A DNA stretch of 64,000 bases, taken from the NCBI RefSeq assembly GCF_044324785.1, contig NZ_CP172127.1. One strand, given 5' to 3'. Source of the stretch: Escherichia coli (GTDB lineage: Bacteria > Pseudomonadota > Gammaproteobacteria > Enterobacterales > Enterobacteriaceae). The notes under the pieces are model-generated. The model saw only the letters and a list, made by a program, of their open reading frames with translations, searched no databases and was not told the DNA's origin. Made by a program: the position numbers and the translations under genes. Of this stretch, positions 10,269 to 21,217 are shown piece by piece. Every line of letters begins with the position of its first letter. The first letter of the stretch is position 1.

Positions 10269-11522
10269 GTGAGTCACTGGGCTACATTCAAACAAACAGC
10301 AACTAATTTATGGGTGACCCTACGGCACGACATTCTCGCGCTGGCCGTCTTTTTAAATGGATTGCTTATTTTTAAAACAATCTATGGTATGTCGGTCAAT
10401 TTGCTAGATATTTTCCATATCAAAGCATTTTCAGAGTTGGATCTCTCCTTGCTGGCAAACGCCCCACTATTTATGCTCGGCGTCTTTCTTGTCCTGAACT
10501 CCATTGGCTTACTGTTCCGGGCAAAGCTCGCATGGGCAATCAGTATCATTTTGTTGTTGATAGCGCTAATTTACACCCTGCATTTTTATCCCTGGCTGAA
10601 ATTTAGTATTGGATTTTGCATTTTTACGCTGGTGTTTTTGCTGATACTGCGCAAAGACTTCTCCCACAGTAGCGCCGCAGCCGGGACAATTTTCGCATTT
10701 ATTAGTTTCACGACGTTACTGTTTTACTCCACCTACGGTGCGCTTTATTTAAGCGAAGGTTTTAATCCGCGAATAGAAAGTTTGATGACCGCGTTCTATT
10801 TTTCGATAGAAACCATGTCAACCGTCGGCTATGGCGATATTGTCCCTGTTTCTGAATCAGCACGATTGTTCACTATTTCGGTCATTATTTCCGGCATTAC
10901 CGTTTTTGCCACCTCTATGACCTCAATTTTTGGTCCGCTTATCCGCGGGGGATTCAACAAACTTGTAAAAGGAAACAATCATACAATGCATCGTAAAGAT
11001 CATTTTATTGTTTGCGGACATTCGATTCTCGCCATCAATACGATCCTGCAACTGAATCAACGCGGACAAAACGTAACGGTTATCAGCAACTTGCCTGAAG
11101 ATGATATCAAGCAACTTGAGCAACGCTTAGGCGATAACGCTGATGTTATCCCCGGTGACAGTAATGACAGTTCAGTATTAAAGAAAGCGGGAATCGATCG
11201 ATGCCGGGCCATTCTGGCGCTGAGTGATAACGATGCAGATAACGCGTTTGTTGTACTCTCGGCAAAAGATATGAGCAGTGATGTCAAAACAGTTCTCGCC
11301 GTCAGTGATAGCAAAAACCTGAATAAGATTAAGATGGTACATCCGGATATCATTCTCTCGCCGCAACTGTTTGGCAGCGAAATTCTGGCGCGAGTTTTAA
11401 ATGGTGAAGAGATTAATAATGATATGCTCGTTTCAATGTTGTTGAACTCCGGTCATGGCATTTTCAGCGATAACGATGAACAAGAAACGAAAGCTGACAG
11501 TAAAGAATCGGCGCAAAAATAG
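10269..11522 (+). CDS. kch: Voltage-gated K+ channel Kch (6TM pore with TVGYGD filter plus RCK/TrkA-N domain)
   Basis: Start placed at GTG 10269 (VSHWATFKQ…) to give 417 aa; selectivity filter TVGYGD and Rossmann motif IVCGHS visible. Confidence 0.9.
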   Translation: MSHWATFKQTATNLWVTLRHDILALAVFLNGLLIFKTIYGMSVNLLDIFHIKAFSELDLSLLANAPLFMLGVFLVLNSIGLLFRAKLAWAISIILLLIALIYTLHFYPWLKFSIGFCIFTLVFLLILRKDFSHSSAAAGTIFAFISFTTLLFYSTYGALYLSEGFNPRIESLMTAFYFSIETMSTVGYGDIVPVSESARLFTISVIISGITVFATSMTSIFGPLIRGGFNKLVKGNNHTMHRKDHFIVCGHSILAINTILQLNQRGQNVTVISNLPEDDIKQLEQRLGDNADVIPGDSNDSSVLKKAGIDRCRAILALSDNDADNAFVVLSAKDMSSDVKTVLAVSDSKNLNKIKMVHPDIILSPQLFGSEILARVLNGEEINNDMLVSMLLNSGHGIFSDNDEQETKADSKESAQK

Positions 11523-11576
11523 AGTTTAAAGACGGAAGAGTAAACTTATTGGGCACCGCAATGGTGCCCAGTACAT

Positions 11577-11750
11577 TTAGATATTGTAGATCGCAAACAA
11601 TAACGAGTTACGCTGTTTGTTTAGAATGCACTTCCTGATGCTGTGGATACGCATATTTCGGCGCGATTGCCCCTCAAGCCAACGCGATTTACGTCGGCTA
11701 GCCTGACGCTGCATGCGCCAGCGCCCCACTTCCGTTCTACTCCGCTTCAT
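11577..11750 (-). CDS. yciY: Small arginine-rich basic protein (57 aa), resembles YciY
   Basis: ATG at 11748..11750 (minus strand) gives MKRSRTEVGRWRMQRQASRRKSRWLEGQSRRNMRIHSIRKCILNKQRNSLLFAIYNI; the track ORF 11577..11861 over-extends. Gene name is from memory and uncertain. Confidence 0.5.
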   Translation of the reverse strand: MKRSRTEVGRWRMQRQASRRKSRWLEGQSRRNMRIHSIRKCILNKQRNSLLFAIYNI

Positions 11751-11892
11751 GTTAACTACTCTATGCAATAACAGAATGGTCATTATACCCCCGCCCCCGA
11801 CGCTGACCAGTGCTTTTCCCGCGTTTTTATTTGCCAGATGAATCCATATGCGTAAACTCATAACAATGCGCTTTCAAAAGGATTTCTAATCT

Positions 11893-13717
<1,825 letters not shown>

Positions 13718-13734
13718 ATAATCACTTTCGGCGT

Positions 13735-13771
13735 GAAAAAGGGCTGACAACTGTCAGCCCTTATTGTGTTT
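13735..13771. terminator. Bidirectional rho-independent terminator between convergent yciU and oppF
   Basis: GAAAAA-GGGCTGACAACTGTCAGCCC-TTATTGTGTTT; T-tracts on both strands. Confidence 0.75.
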
Positions 13772-14774
13772 AAAGCGGATCGACTTTCAGGCAAGAAACG
13801 GCGTGTCTGAAACTCCCCTCCAGCACAGGACGTGTTTTGGCACACTCCGGACCGGCAATCGGGCAACGGGTACGGAAAACACAACCGGAAGGCGGGTTGA
13901 TCGGCGACGGTAATTCCCCTTCCAGTAACTGGATGGTTTTGTTCTTCTCCAGATCCGGATCAGGTATGGGGACTGCCGACATCAATGCCCTGGTGTAAGG
14001 ATGTAGCGGATTGTGATAGACCTCATCATAGGTCCCCAGTTCTACCGCATGGCCGAGATACATCACTAACACACGATCGGAAATGTGTTTTACCACGGCC
14101 AGGTCGTGAGCGATAAAAATTAATGACAATCCCATCTCGCGTTGCAGCTGCTGGAGCAGGTTGACCACCTGCGCCTGAATTGACACGTCCAGCGCCGACA
14201 CCGGCTCATCACAGATAATCAGCTTCGGTTCAAGAATAAGAGCACGAGCAATCCCGATACGCTGGCACTGCCCACCGGAAAACTCATGCGGATAGCGGTT
14301 AATCAGGTTAGGCAATAACCCGACTTTCAGCATCATCGCCTTCACGCGCTCGCGAACTTCCTGGCGTGACATTTTCGGATGATAGGTACGCAGTGGTTCA
14401 GCGATGATCTCGCCGATGGTCATACGCGGGTTAAGCGATGCCAATGGATCCTGGAAAATCATCTGAATATCACTGCGAACGGCACGCCATTCATCGGGCT
14501 TCATGCCCAGCAACTCTTTACCTAACCAGGCAACATGACCGTCGGTCGCTTTAACCAGGCCAATGATGGCGCGAGCAAAGGTGGACTTACCGCATCCCGA
14601 CTCCCCTACCACACCTAATGTTTCCCCTTCATACAGGCGAAGAGTTACACCATCTACGGCTTTGAGCGTTTTCGGCGGTTGCCAGAACCACTGTTTGCCA
14701 TCTTTGATTTCAAAATGCACTTTCAGATCGGCGATTTCGAGGAGGACTTTTCTTCCTTCGGTTACAGCATTCAT
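13770..14774 (-). CDS. oppF: Oligopeptide ABC transporter ATP-binding protein OppF
   Basis: 334 aa; Walker A GESGCGKST and ABC signature LSGGQ; recognised as OppF. Confidence 0.95.
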   Translation of the reverse strand: MNAVTEGRKVLLEIADLKVHFEIKDGKQWFWQPPKTLKAVDGVTLRLYEGETLGVVGESGCGKSTFARAIIGLVKATDGHVAWLGKELLGMKPDEWRAVRSDIQMIFQDPLASLNPRMTIGEIIAEPLRTYHPKMSRQEVRERVKAMMLKVGLLPNLINRYPHEFSGGQCQRIGIARALILEPKLIICDEPVSALDVSIQAQVVNLLQQLQREMGLSLIFIAHDLAVVKHISDRVLVMYLGHAVELGTYDEVYHNPLHPYTRALMSAVPIPDPDLEKNKTIQLLEGELPSPINPPSGCVFRTRCPIAGPECAKTRPVLEGSFRHAVSCLKVDPL

Positions 14775-15784
14775 AACAGTTCCTCCACCGGTTTAAAGCA
14801 AGCACGCAGACGGCCAGGCGTAAACTCTTCCAGCGGCGGTGCGCTACTACAAATTTCCATCGCATGCGGACAACGTGGCTGGAACGGGCAACCTTTCGGT
14901 AATCGCAACAGGTTTGGCGGATTACCCGGGATGGTCAACATTGTTTCACCTTCCGCATCGAGACGCGGCACCGCGTTGAGTAAACCGATAGAATAAGGAT
15001 GAACGGGTTGATAAAAGACATCGCGCGCGTTGCCATATTCCATCGTGCGCCCGGCGTACATTACCAGCACTTTGTCGCAGATACCCGCCACCACGCCAAG
15101 ATCGTGGGTGATCATAATGATGGCGGTATTAAATTCCCGCTTCAGTTCATTTAATAGCGTCATGATCTGCGCCTGTACGGTGACGTCCAGCGCAGTAGTG
15201 GGTTCATCCGCAATCAGCAGCTTAGGTCGACATAGCAATGCCATCGCAATCATGACTCGCTGACGCATGCCACCAGAAAATTCGTGCGGGTACATTTTCA
15301 TGCGTTTACGCGCTTCCGGCATTTTTACCGCATCGAGCATCCGCACCGACTCTTCAAACGCCTCAGCTTTGCTCATGTTCTTATGTAGCATCAGCACTTC
15401 CATCAACTGCTCACCGACACGCATATAGGGATTCAACGAAGTCATTGGGTCCTGAAAAATCATTGAGATTTGTTCAGCGCGCAGTTTATTGAGTTCACGC
15501 TCTGGCAAATTGAGGATTTCACGCCCATTGAAGGTTGCCGATCCGCCAATACGTCCGTTGGCAGCCAACAGGCCCATCAACGCAAATGCAGTTTGCGATT
15601 TACCCGAACCAGACTCACCTACAATGCCCAGCGTTTCTCCGGCACGTAGGGAAAAATTTAAATCATTGACCGCCGTGACGTCGCCGTCCGGGGTACTAAA
15701 GGTGACACGCAAATCTTTCACGTTCAGCAGTGCGTCAGCCTGTTGTTGTGCGAGCGGCACAGTTGCAGTTTCAATTACGCTCAT
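14771..15784 (-). CDS. oppD: Oligopeptide ABC transporter ATP-binding protein OppD
   Basis: 337 aa; Walker A GESGSGKSQ and FSGGMRQR; 4-nt overlap with oppF. Confidence 0.95.
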   Translation of the reverse strand: MSVIETATVPLAQQQADALLNVKDLRVTFSTPDGDVTAVNDLNFSLRAGETLGIVGESGSGKSQTAFALMGLLAANGRIGGSATFNGREILNLPERELNKLRAEQISMIFQDPMTSLNPYMRVGEQLMEVLMLHKNMSKAEAFEESVRMLDAVKMPEARKRMKMYPHEFSGGMRQRVMIAMALLCRPKLLIADEPTTALDVTVQAQIMTLLNELKREFNTAIIMITHDLGVVAGICDKVLVMYAGRTMEYGNARDVFYQPVHPYSIGLLNAVPRLDAEGETMLTIPGNPPNLLRLPKGCPFQPRCPHAMEICSSAPPLEEFTPGRLRACFKPVEELL

Positions 15785-15795
15785 GGCTGCACTCC

Positions 15796-16704
15796 TTAAC
15801 GATCTTTCGGGTCGAGGGCATCACGCAAGCCATCGCCGATAAAGTTGAAACAAAACAGTGTCACCACGAGGAATCCCGCTGGGAACAACAATAACCATGG
15901 AGAGACTTCCATCGAGTTCGCGCCATCACTCAGCAATGCACCCCAGCTGCTTAACGGCTCTTGCGTACCCAACCCCAGGAAGCTAAGGAAAGATTCAAAG
16001 AGGATCATGCTGGGCACCAGAAGTGATGCGTAGACCACCACCACACCGAGTACATTCGGCACAATGTGGCGAATAACAATGCCCGACGTCGATACACCGC
16101 CAACTTGTGCCGCCTCAATAAACTCTTTGCGCTTCAGACTCAGGGTTTGCCCACGCACAATACGAGCCATATCCAGCCAGGAAACCATGCCAATCGCCAC
16201 GAAAATCAGCAGGATGTTTTGACCGAAAAAGGTCACCAGCAAAATGACGAAGAACATGAATGGGAAGGAGTTGAGGATTTCCAGCAGACGCATCATTACC
16301 GAATCCACTTTACCGCCCAGATAACCGGAAAGCGAACCATAAAGTGTCCCCACGACCACTGCCACCAGTGCCGCAGCAACACCGACCATGAGTGAGATAC
16401 GCCCGCCAATCGCAACACGCACAAGCAGGTCGCGACCGGATGAGTCAGTACCAAAGTAGTGACCGGACTCCATATCCGGGGCGCTGGACATCATCGCCCA
16501 GTCAGTATCGTCATAGGCAAACTGCGAAAGCATCGGTGCCAGGATTACAAATAACGCGATTAGCACCAGCACTATCAGACTGGCAACCGCCGCACGGTTA
16601 TGCATAAAACGTCGACGTGCGTCCTGCCACAAGCTGCGCCCTTCGACCTCCAGCTTTTCACTGAAATTTTCCAGCGTCTCGCTGTTTTTCTTACTTAACA
16701 TCAT
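15796..16704 (-). CDS. oppC: Oligopeptide ABC transporter permease OppC
   Basis: 302-aa membrane ORF recognised as OppC. Confidence 0.95.
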   Translation of the reverse strand: MMLSKKNSETLENFSEKLEVEGRSLWQDARRRFMHNRAAVASLIVLVLIALFVILAPMLSQFAYDDTDWAMMSSAPDMESGHYFGTDSSGRDLLVRVAIGGRISLMVGVAAALVAVVVGTLYGSLSGYLGGKVDSVMMRLLEILNSFPFMFFVILLVTFFGQNILLIFVAIGMVSWLDMARIVRGQTLSLKRKEFIEAAQVGGVSTSGIVIRHIVPNVLGVVVVYASLLVPSMILFESFLSFLGLGTQEPLSSWGALLSDGANSMEVSPWLLLFPAGFLVVTLFCFNFIGDGLRDALDPKDR

Positions 16705-16718
16705 CGCGAGCTCCAGTA

Positions 16719-17639
16719 TCAGTAACGGATTTTCGGGTCGATAACCGCATATAGCACATCGACAATGGCATTAAACAAAATGGTTAACGCACCAACCAGA
16801 ATGGTCAGACTTAACACTAAGGAATAGTCACGGTTCAATGCGCCATTAACGAACAATTGCCCAATCCCCGGTAAACCATAAATGGTTTCGATGACCATAG
16901 AACCGGTAATAATGCCGACAAATGCAGGGCCCATATAGGAGAGCACGGGTAACAGAGCAGGTTTTAATGCATGGCGTAAAATGATCCGCCGCATAGGTAA
17001 CCCTTTCGCCCGGGCAGTACGAATAAAGTTGGAGTGTAATACTTCAATCATAGAGCCACGGGTAATACGCGCAATACTGGCGATATAGGCGAGTGACAAC
17101 GCCACCATTGGCAGTATCATGAATTTAAGCGCACCACCATTCCAGCCACCTCCCGGCAGCCAATGCAAAATGATCGCAAATATCATGACTAATAATGGCG
17201 CAACCACAAAACTGGGAATAACAACCCCGGTCATTGCCAGCCCCATCACGGTATAGTCCCATTTGGTGTTTTGTTTTAATGCGGCAATAACGCCAGCACT
17301 AACACCCAGTATTACCGCAAGGAAAAATGCTGCGGCTCCCAGTTTGGCAGAAACGGGAAAACTGGATGCAACCAGGTCGTTGACCGAATAATCTTTATAT
17401 TTAAACGATGGACCGAAATCGCCATGCGCCAGTTGTTTCAGGTAGCTGAAATACTGTGTCATGATCGGATCATTAAGATGATATTTCGCTTCGATATTGG
17501 CCATCACTTCTGGCGGTAAAGTACGTTCGCCGGTAAAAGGGCTTCCCGGCGCGAGGCGCATCATGAAGAACGAAATAGTAATAAGAATAAATAGCGTCGG
17601 AATCGCTTCCAGACAGCGACGTAGAATAAATTTTAACAT
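16719..17639 (-). CDS. oppB: Oligopeptide ABC transporter permease OppB
   Basis: 306-aa membrane ORF recognised as OppB. Confidence 0.95.
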   Translation of the reverse strand: MLKFILRRCLEAIPTLFILITISFFMMRLAPGSPFTGERTLPPEVMANIEAKYHLNDPIMTQYFSYLKQLAHGDFGPSFKYKDYSVNDLVASSFPVSAKLGAAAFFLAVILGVSAGVIAALKQNTKWDYTVMGLAMTGVVIPSFVVAPLLVMIFAIILHWLPGGGWNGGALKFMILPMVALSLAYIASIARITRGSMIEVLHSNFIRTARAKGLPMRRIILRHALKPALLPVLSYMGPAFVGIITGSMVIETIYGLPGIGQLFVNGALNRDYSLVLSLTILVGALTILFNAIVDVLYAVIDPKIRY

Positions 17640-17724
17640 TGCCCTACCTTCTGGCCTGTGCCTTCTGTAATGCGATAAAAATCAGACACCGTGGAGCAGG
17701 ACACGCCTGCCCCACGTATTGCCA

Positions 17725-19356
17725 TTAGTGCTTCACAATGTACATATTCCGGGTGTAGGTATTATCCAGCGGATCTTTGCCGGTATAGCCACCAACCCAC
17801 GGTTTCACCAGACGCGCATTCACGTAGTAATAAACAGGAACAATGGCCGAATCCTTATCCAGCTGTTGTTCTGCTTTAGTGTACAGAGCTGTGCGCTGCG
17901 CCTCGTCAGTCACTTTCAGCGTTTCCGCCATAATGCTGTCAAAGGCCGGGCTCTTATAATGCGCGGTATTCATCGAGCTGTTCGACAGCATGGTGTTCAG
18001 GAAGGAAGTTGGTTCGTTGTAGTCTGCACACCAGCCTGCACGGGCCACATCAAAAGTGCCCTGGTGACGGGTGTCGAGGAACGTTTTCCACTCCTGGTTA
18101 ACCAGTTTGACGTTTACACCAATGTTTTTCTTCCACAATGAAGAGGCTGCAATCGCCAGCTTTTTATGCAGATCGGAGGTGTTATACAACAGGTTGATGG
18201 TTAACGGTTTGTCTGCGGTATAACCCGCTTCAGCCAGCAGTTTTTTCGCTTCTTCGTTACGTTTTTCCTGGCTCCAGCCAAACCATTCCGGCTGAGTCAA
18301 TTTTGCGCCATCAGTATACGGTGGAGTGTAACCATAGGCGGGCATGTCGCCCTGCGCTTTCACTTTATTAACAATGATATCGCGGTCCATACCCAGTTTC
18401 AGTGCGGTACGCACACGTACATCGTTAAATGGCGGTTTCTGGTTGTTAATTTCGTAATAATAAGTGCACAGGTATGGATCAACGTGAACTTCGTCCGGGA
18501 TCTCTTTTTTCAGCTTCTGGAACAATTCGATCGGCATGTTGTTATACGTCATGTCGATTTCACCACTACGGTAGCGGTTGACATCGGTAACTTCAGAAGC
18601 AATAGGCAAATAGGTTACCTGGTTAATAACGGTTTTCGCGTTGTTCCAGTAAGTCGGGCTGCGTTCAAGAACGATTCGCTCGTTTACGACCCAATCTTTT
18701 AAGGTATAGGCACCGTTGGTGACGATATTTCCAGGCTGGGTCCATTTTTCGCCGAATTTCTCGATAGCGGCTTTTGACACCGGTGAAGTTGATGGGTGAA
18801 CAAGTAATTTATAGAAGTACGGAACAGGTTCACTTAAGGTGACTTCTAATGTGTGATCATCAATAGCTTTCACGCCGAGATCGGTAATCGGTTTTTTCCC
18901 TTCAAGAATTTCATCAATACCGGCGATATGCCCATATTGCAGATAACTGGCATACGGAGAAGCGGTGTTCGGATCAACAGAACGTTGCCAGCTATACACA
19001 AAGTCTTGGGCTGTGACTGGCGTGCCATCAGACCATTTCGCATCTTTACGCAAATGGAAGGTCCAGACTTTCGCGTCTTTATTATCCCAGGATTCAGCGA
19101 CGCCAGGTGCTGGATGACCGTCAAGATCGCTGACCAGTAAGCCTTCAAACAGGTCTCGGCTGATATTAGACTCCGGAACACCTTCAATTTTGTGCGGATC
19201 TAATGACTGAACTTCTGAACCATTGTTACGTACCAGCGTTTGTTTTTCCGCCAGTGTGACGCCTGCGGGTACATCAGCTGCCAGCGCGACATTCCCTGCC
19301 ATTAGCGCAGCCAGAACGCCAGCTGCTACTAAACTTCTCTTGGTGATGTTGGTCAT
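17725..19356 (-). CDS. oppA: Periplasmic oligopeptide-binding protein OppA
   Basis: Start placed at MTNITKRSLVAAGVLAALMAGNVALA (signal peptide) to give 543 aa; track ORF over-extends to 19428. Confidence 0.95.
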   Translation of the reverse strand: MTNITKRSLVAAGVLAALMAGNVALAADVPAGVTLAEKQTLVRNNGSEVQSLDPHKIEGVPESNISRDLFEGLLVSDLDGHPAPGVAESWDNKDAKVWTFHLRKDAKWSDGTPVTAQDFVYSWQRSVDPNTASPYASYLQYGHIAGIDEILEGKKPITDLGVKAIDDHTLEVTLSEPVPYFYKLLVHPSTSPVSKAAIEKFGEKWTQPGNIVTNGAYTLKDWVVNERIVLERSPTYWNNAKTVINQVTYLPIASEVTDVNRYRSGEIDMTYNNMPIELFQKLKKEIPDEVHVDPYLCTYYYEINNQKPPFNDVRVRTALKLGMDRDIIVNKVKAQGDMPAYGYTPPYTDGAKLTQPEWFGWSQEKRNEEAKKLLAEAGYTADKPLTINLLYNTSDLHKKLAIAASSLWKKNIGVNVKLVNQEWKTFLDTRHQGTFDVARAGWCADYNEPTSFLNTMLSNSSMNTAHYKSPAFDSIMAETLKVTDEAQRTALYTKAEQQLDKDSAIVPVYYYVNARLVKPWVGGYTGKDPLDNTYTRNMYIVKH

Positions 19357-20093
19357 TGTTTTTTGGACTCCCTCATTATAATTACTGGTATTAACCAGCA
19401 TGTGTAATCCCGGATTGGGACCCTGCACAGGCTCGGAGACTTTCTGCTGTCAGGTTACTTTATCGTTACGGATTGCTATCACCGACTTTATTTATTCTGG
19501 TGATTCAGACGATCACCTTATGTCGATTCGTACTGTGTCTCCCCTGTCGAGACACATTATTCTTTCGCGACGCTCTTTAATTGTTAATTATTCTCATTAC
19601 CAATAAAGAATCGCCTGACGGTTGCCCGGAAAGTACCAAATGCGGTTCTTACTCGCCAATACATTTTGCAAAATTGTTAAGCAATTCTCTTTTATTGACC
19701 GTATCAGAATCTATAGCTTGTATCCATGACTTAACAAACATCTTTAAATTCAATCAAATAGAGATTGGTTAAGCATGTCTATCTTTTCTGATTACAGTTC
19801 CAGTAGTGAAATGCACAATAATTTAACAATTGATTATTATTTAGCACTTTCCTCTACCAAAGGCAGTGGAATTACTAATATCATTTCAATTATTCTTCAG
19901 CAAGCCCAGGATTATGATGTGGCGAAAATAACATGATGGTAAGGAGAAGCAGTTAAGGAAATCCTTATAACTACCTGTAATTTGAGAAGAATATTTTTAC
20001 CTATTCCTTTTGCTTTTGATAACTGCGCGGGAACAAAGTAAAAATAATGACGAAGTAAACGGAGCATGGCAGCTCCGTTTCATTTGAAAGGAA

Positions 20094-20741
20094 TTAATTA
20101 AGCAGGCCGGGGAAAATCCCCTTAATACCAGTAACGATAAATTCAATCCCCAATGCCATCAGCAATAGCCCCATAATACGCGTAATCACGTTGATGCCGG
20201 TCTGGCGTAAAACCCGTACCAGCCACGGTGCCATGCGGAACAATCCCCAGCAACATAAAGCGAACAAAGCAATAGCCACAAAGAAACCAAACAGATAGCT
20301 AATGCTGTGATAACGCGTACCCCAGACGATGGTAGAACTGATCGCCCCTGGCCCCGCCATCAACGGCAACGCCAACGGCACCACACCAATGCTTTCACGT
20401 ACCGCGGTTTCTGATTTTTCTTGCTTGTTCTGTTTATCCTCGCCAAGCTTGCCGCTGATCATCGACATCGCTATCGTCACCACCAGGATGCCCCCGGCGA
20501 TACGGAACGAATCAATTGATATACCAAAAAGTTGCAGAATCGTGTCGCCGAGAAAAAGCGAGATCCACAAGATAATGGCCACAGACAGGTTGGCTGTAAG
20601 GTTCGTTTTGTTTCGCGCTGCCGCTGTCTGATAACTGGTCATGCTGATAAAGACGGGAATAATCCCTACCGGGTTGACCAGCGCAAATAACCCGATGAAA
20701 AATTTGAAGTAAACGGGAAAATCAAAAAGGGTCTGAATCAC
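20094..20741 (-). CDS. ychE: MarC-family (UPF0056) inner membrane protein YchE
   Basis: 215-aa multi-TM ORF recognised as YchE. Confidence 0.85.
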   Translation of the reverse strand: MIQTLFDFPVYFKFFIGLFALVNPVGIIPVFISMTSYQTAAARNKTNLTANLSVAIILWISLFLGDTILQLFGISIDSFRIAGGILVVTIAMSMISGKLGEDKQNKQEKSETAVRESIGVVPLALPLMAGPGAISSTIVWGTRYHSISYLFGFFVAIALFALCCWGLFRMAPWLVRVLRQTGINVITRIMGLLLMALGIEFIVTGIKGIFPGLLN

Positions 20742-21217
20742 GGTTAGCTCCGAAGCAAAAGCCGGATAATGTTAGCCATAAATAAGGTTGAAAAGACGCG
20801 CTGACAATACGCCTTTTGACAGCATTTTTCACCTCCTAACTACTTAAAATTGCTATCATTCGTTATTGTTATCTGGTTGTGCAAAACATGCTAATGTAGC
20901 CACCAAATCATACTACAATTTATTAACTGTTAGCTATAATGGCGAAAAGCGATGCTGAAAGGTGTCAGCTTTGCAAAAATTTGATTTGGATCACGTAATC
21001 AGTACCCAGAAGTGAGTAATCTTGCTTACGCCACCTGGAAGTGACGCATTAGAGATAATAACTCTAATGTTTAAACTCTTTTAGTAAATCACAGTGAGTG
21101 TGAGCGCGAGTAAGCTTTTGATTTTCATCGGTTAAGCAAATCATCACCGCACTGACTATACTCTCGTATTCGAGCAGATGATTTACTAAAAAAGTTTAAC
21201 ATTATCAGGAGAGCATT

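Noticed and set aside
19775-19936. 53-aa plus-strand ORF (MSIFSDYSSSSEMHNNLTIDYYLALSSTKGSGITNIISIILQQAQDYDVAKIT) in the 737-bp oppA-ychE intergenic region
   Set aside because: Weak or absent Shine-Dalgarno, AT-rich low-complexity sequence, and it lies antisense to the oppA promoter and leader region; without conservation or expression data this is probably chance
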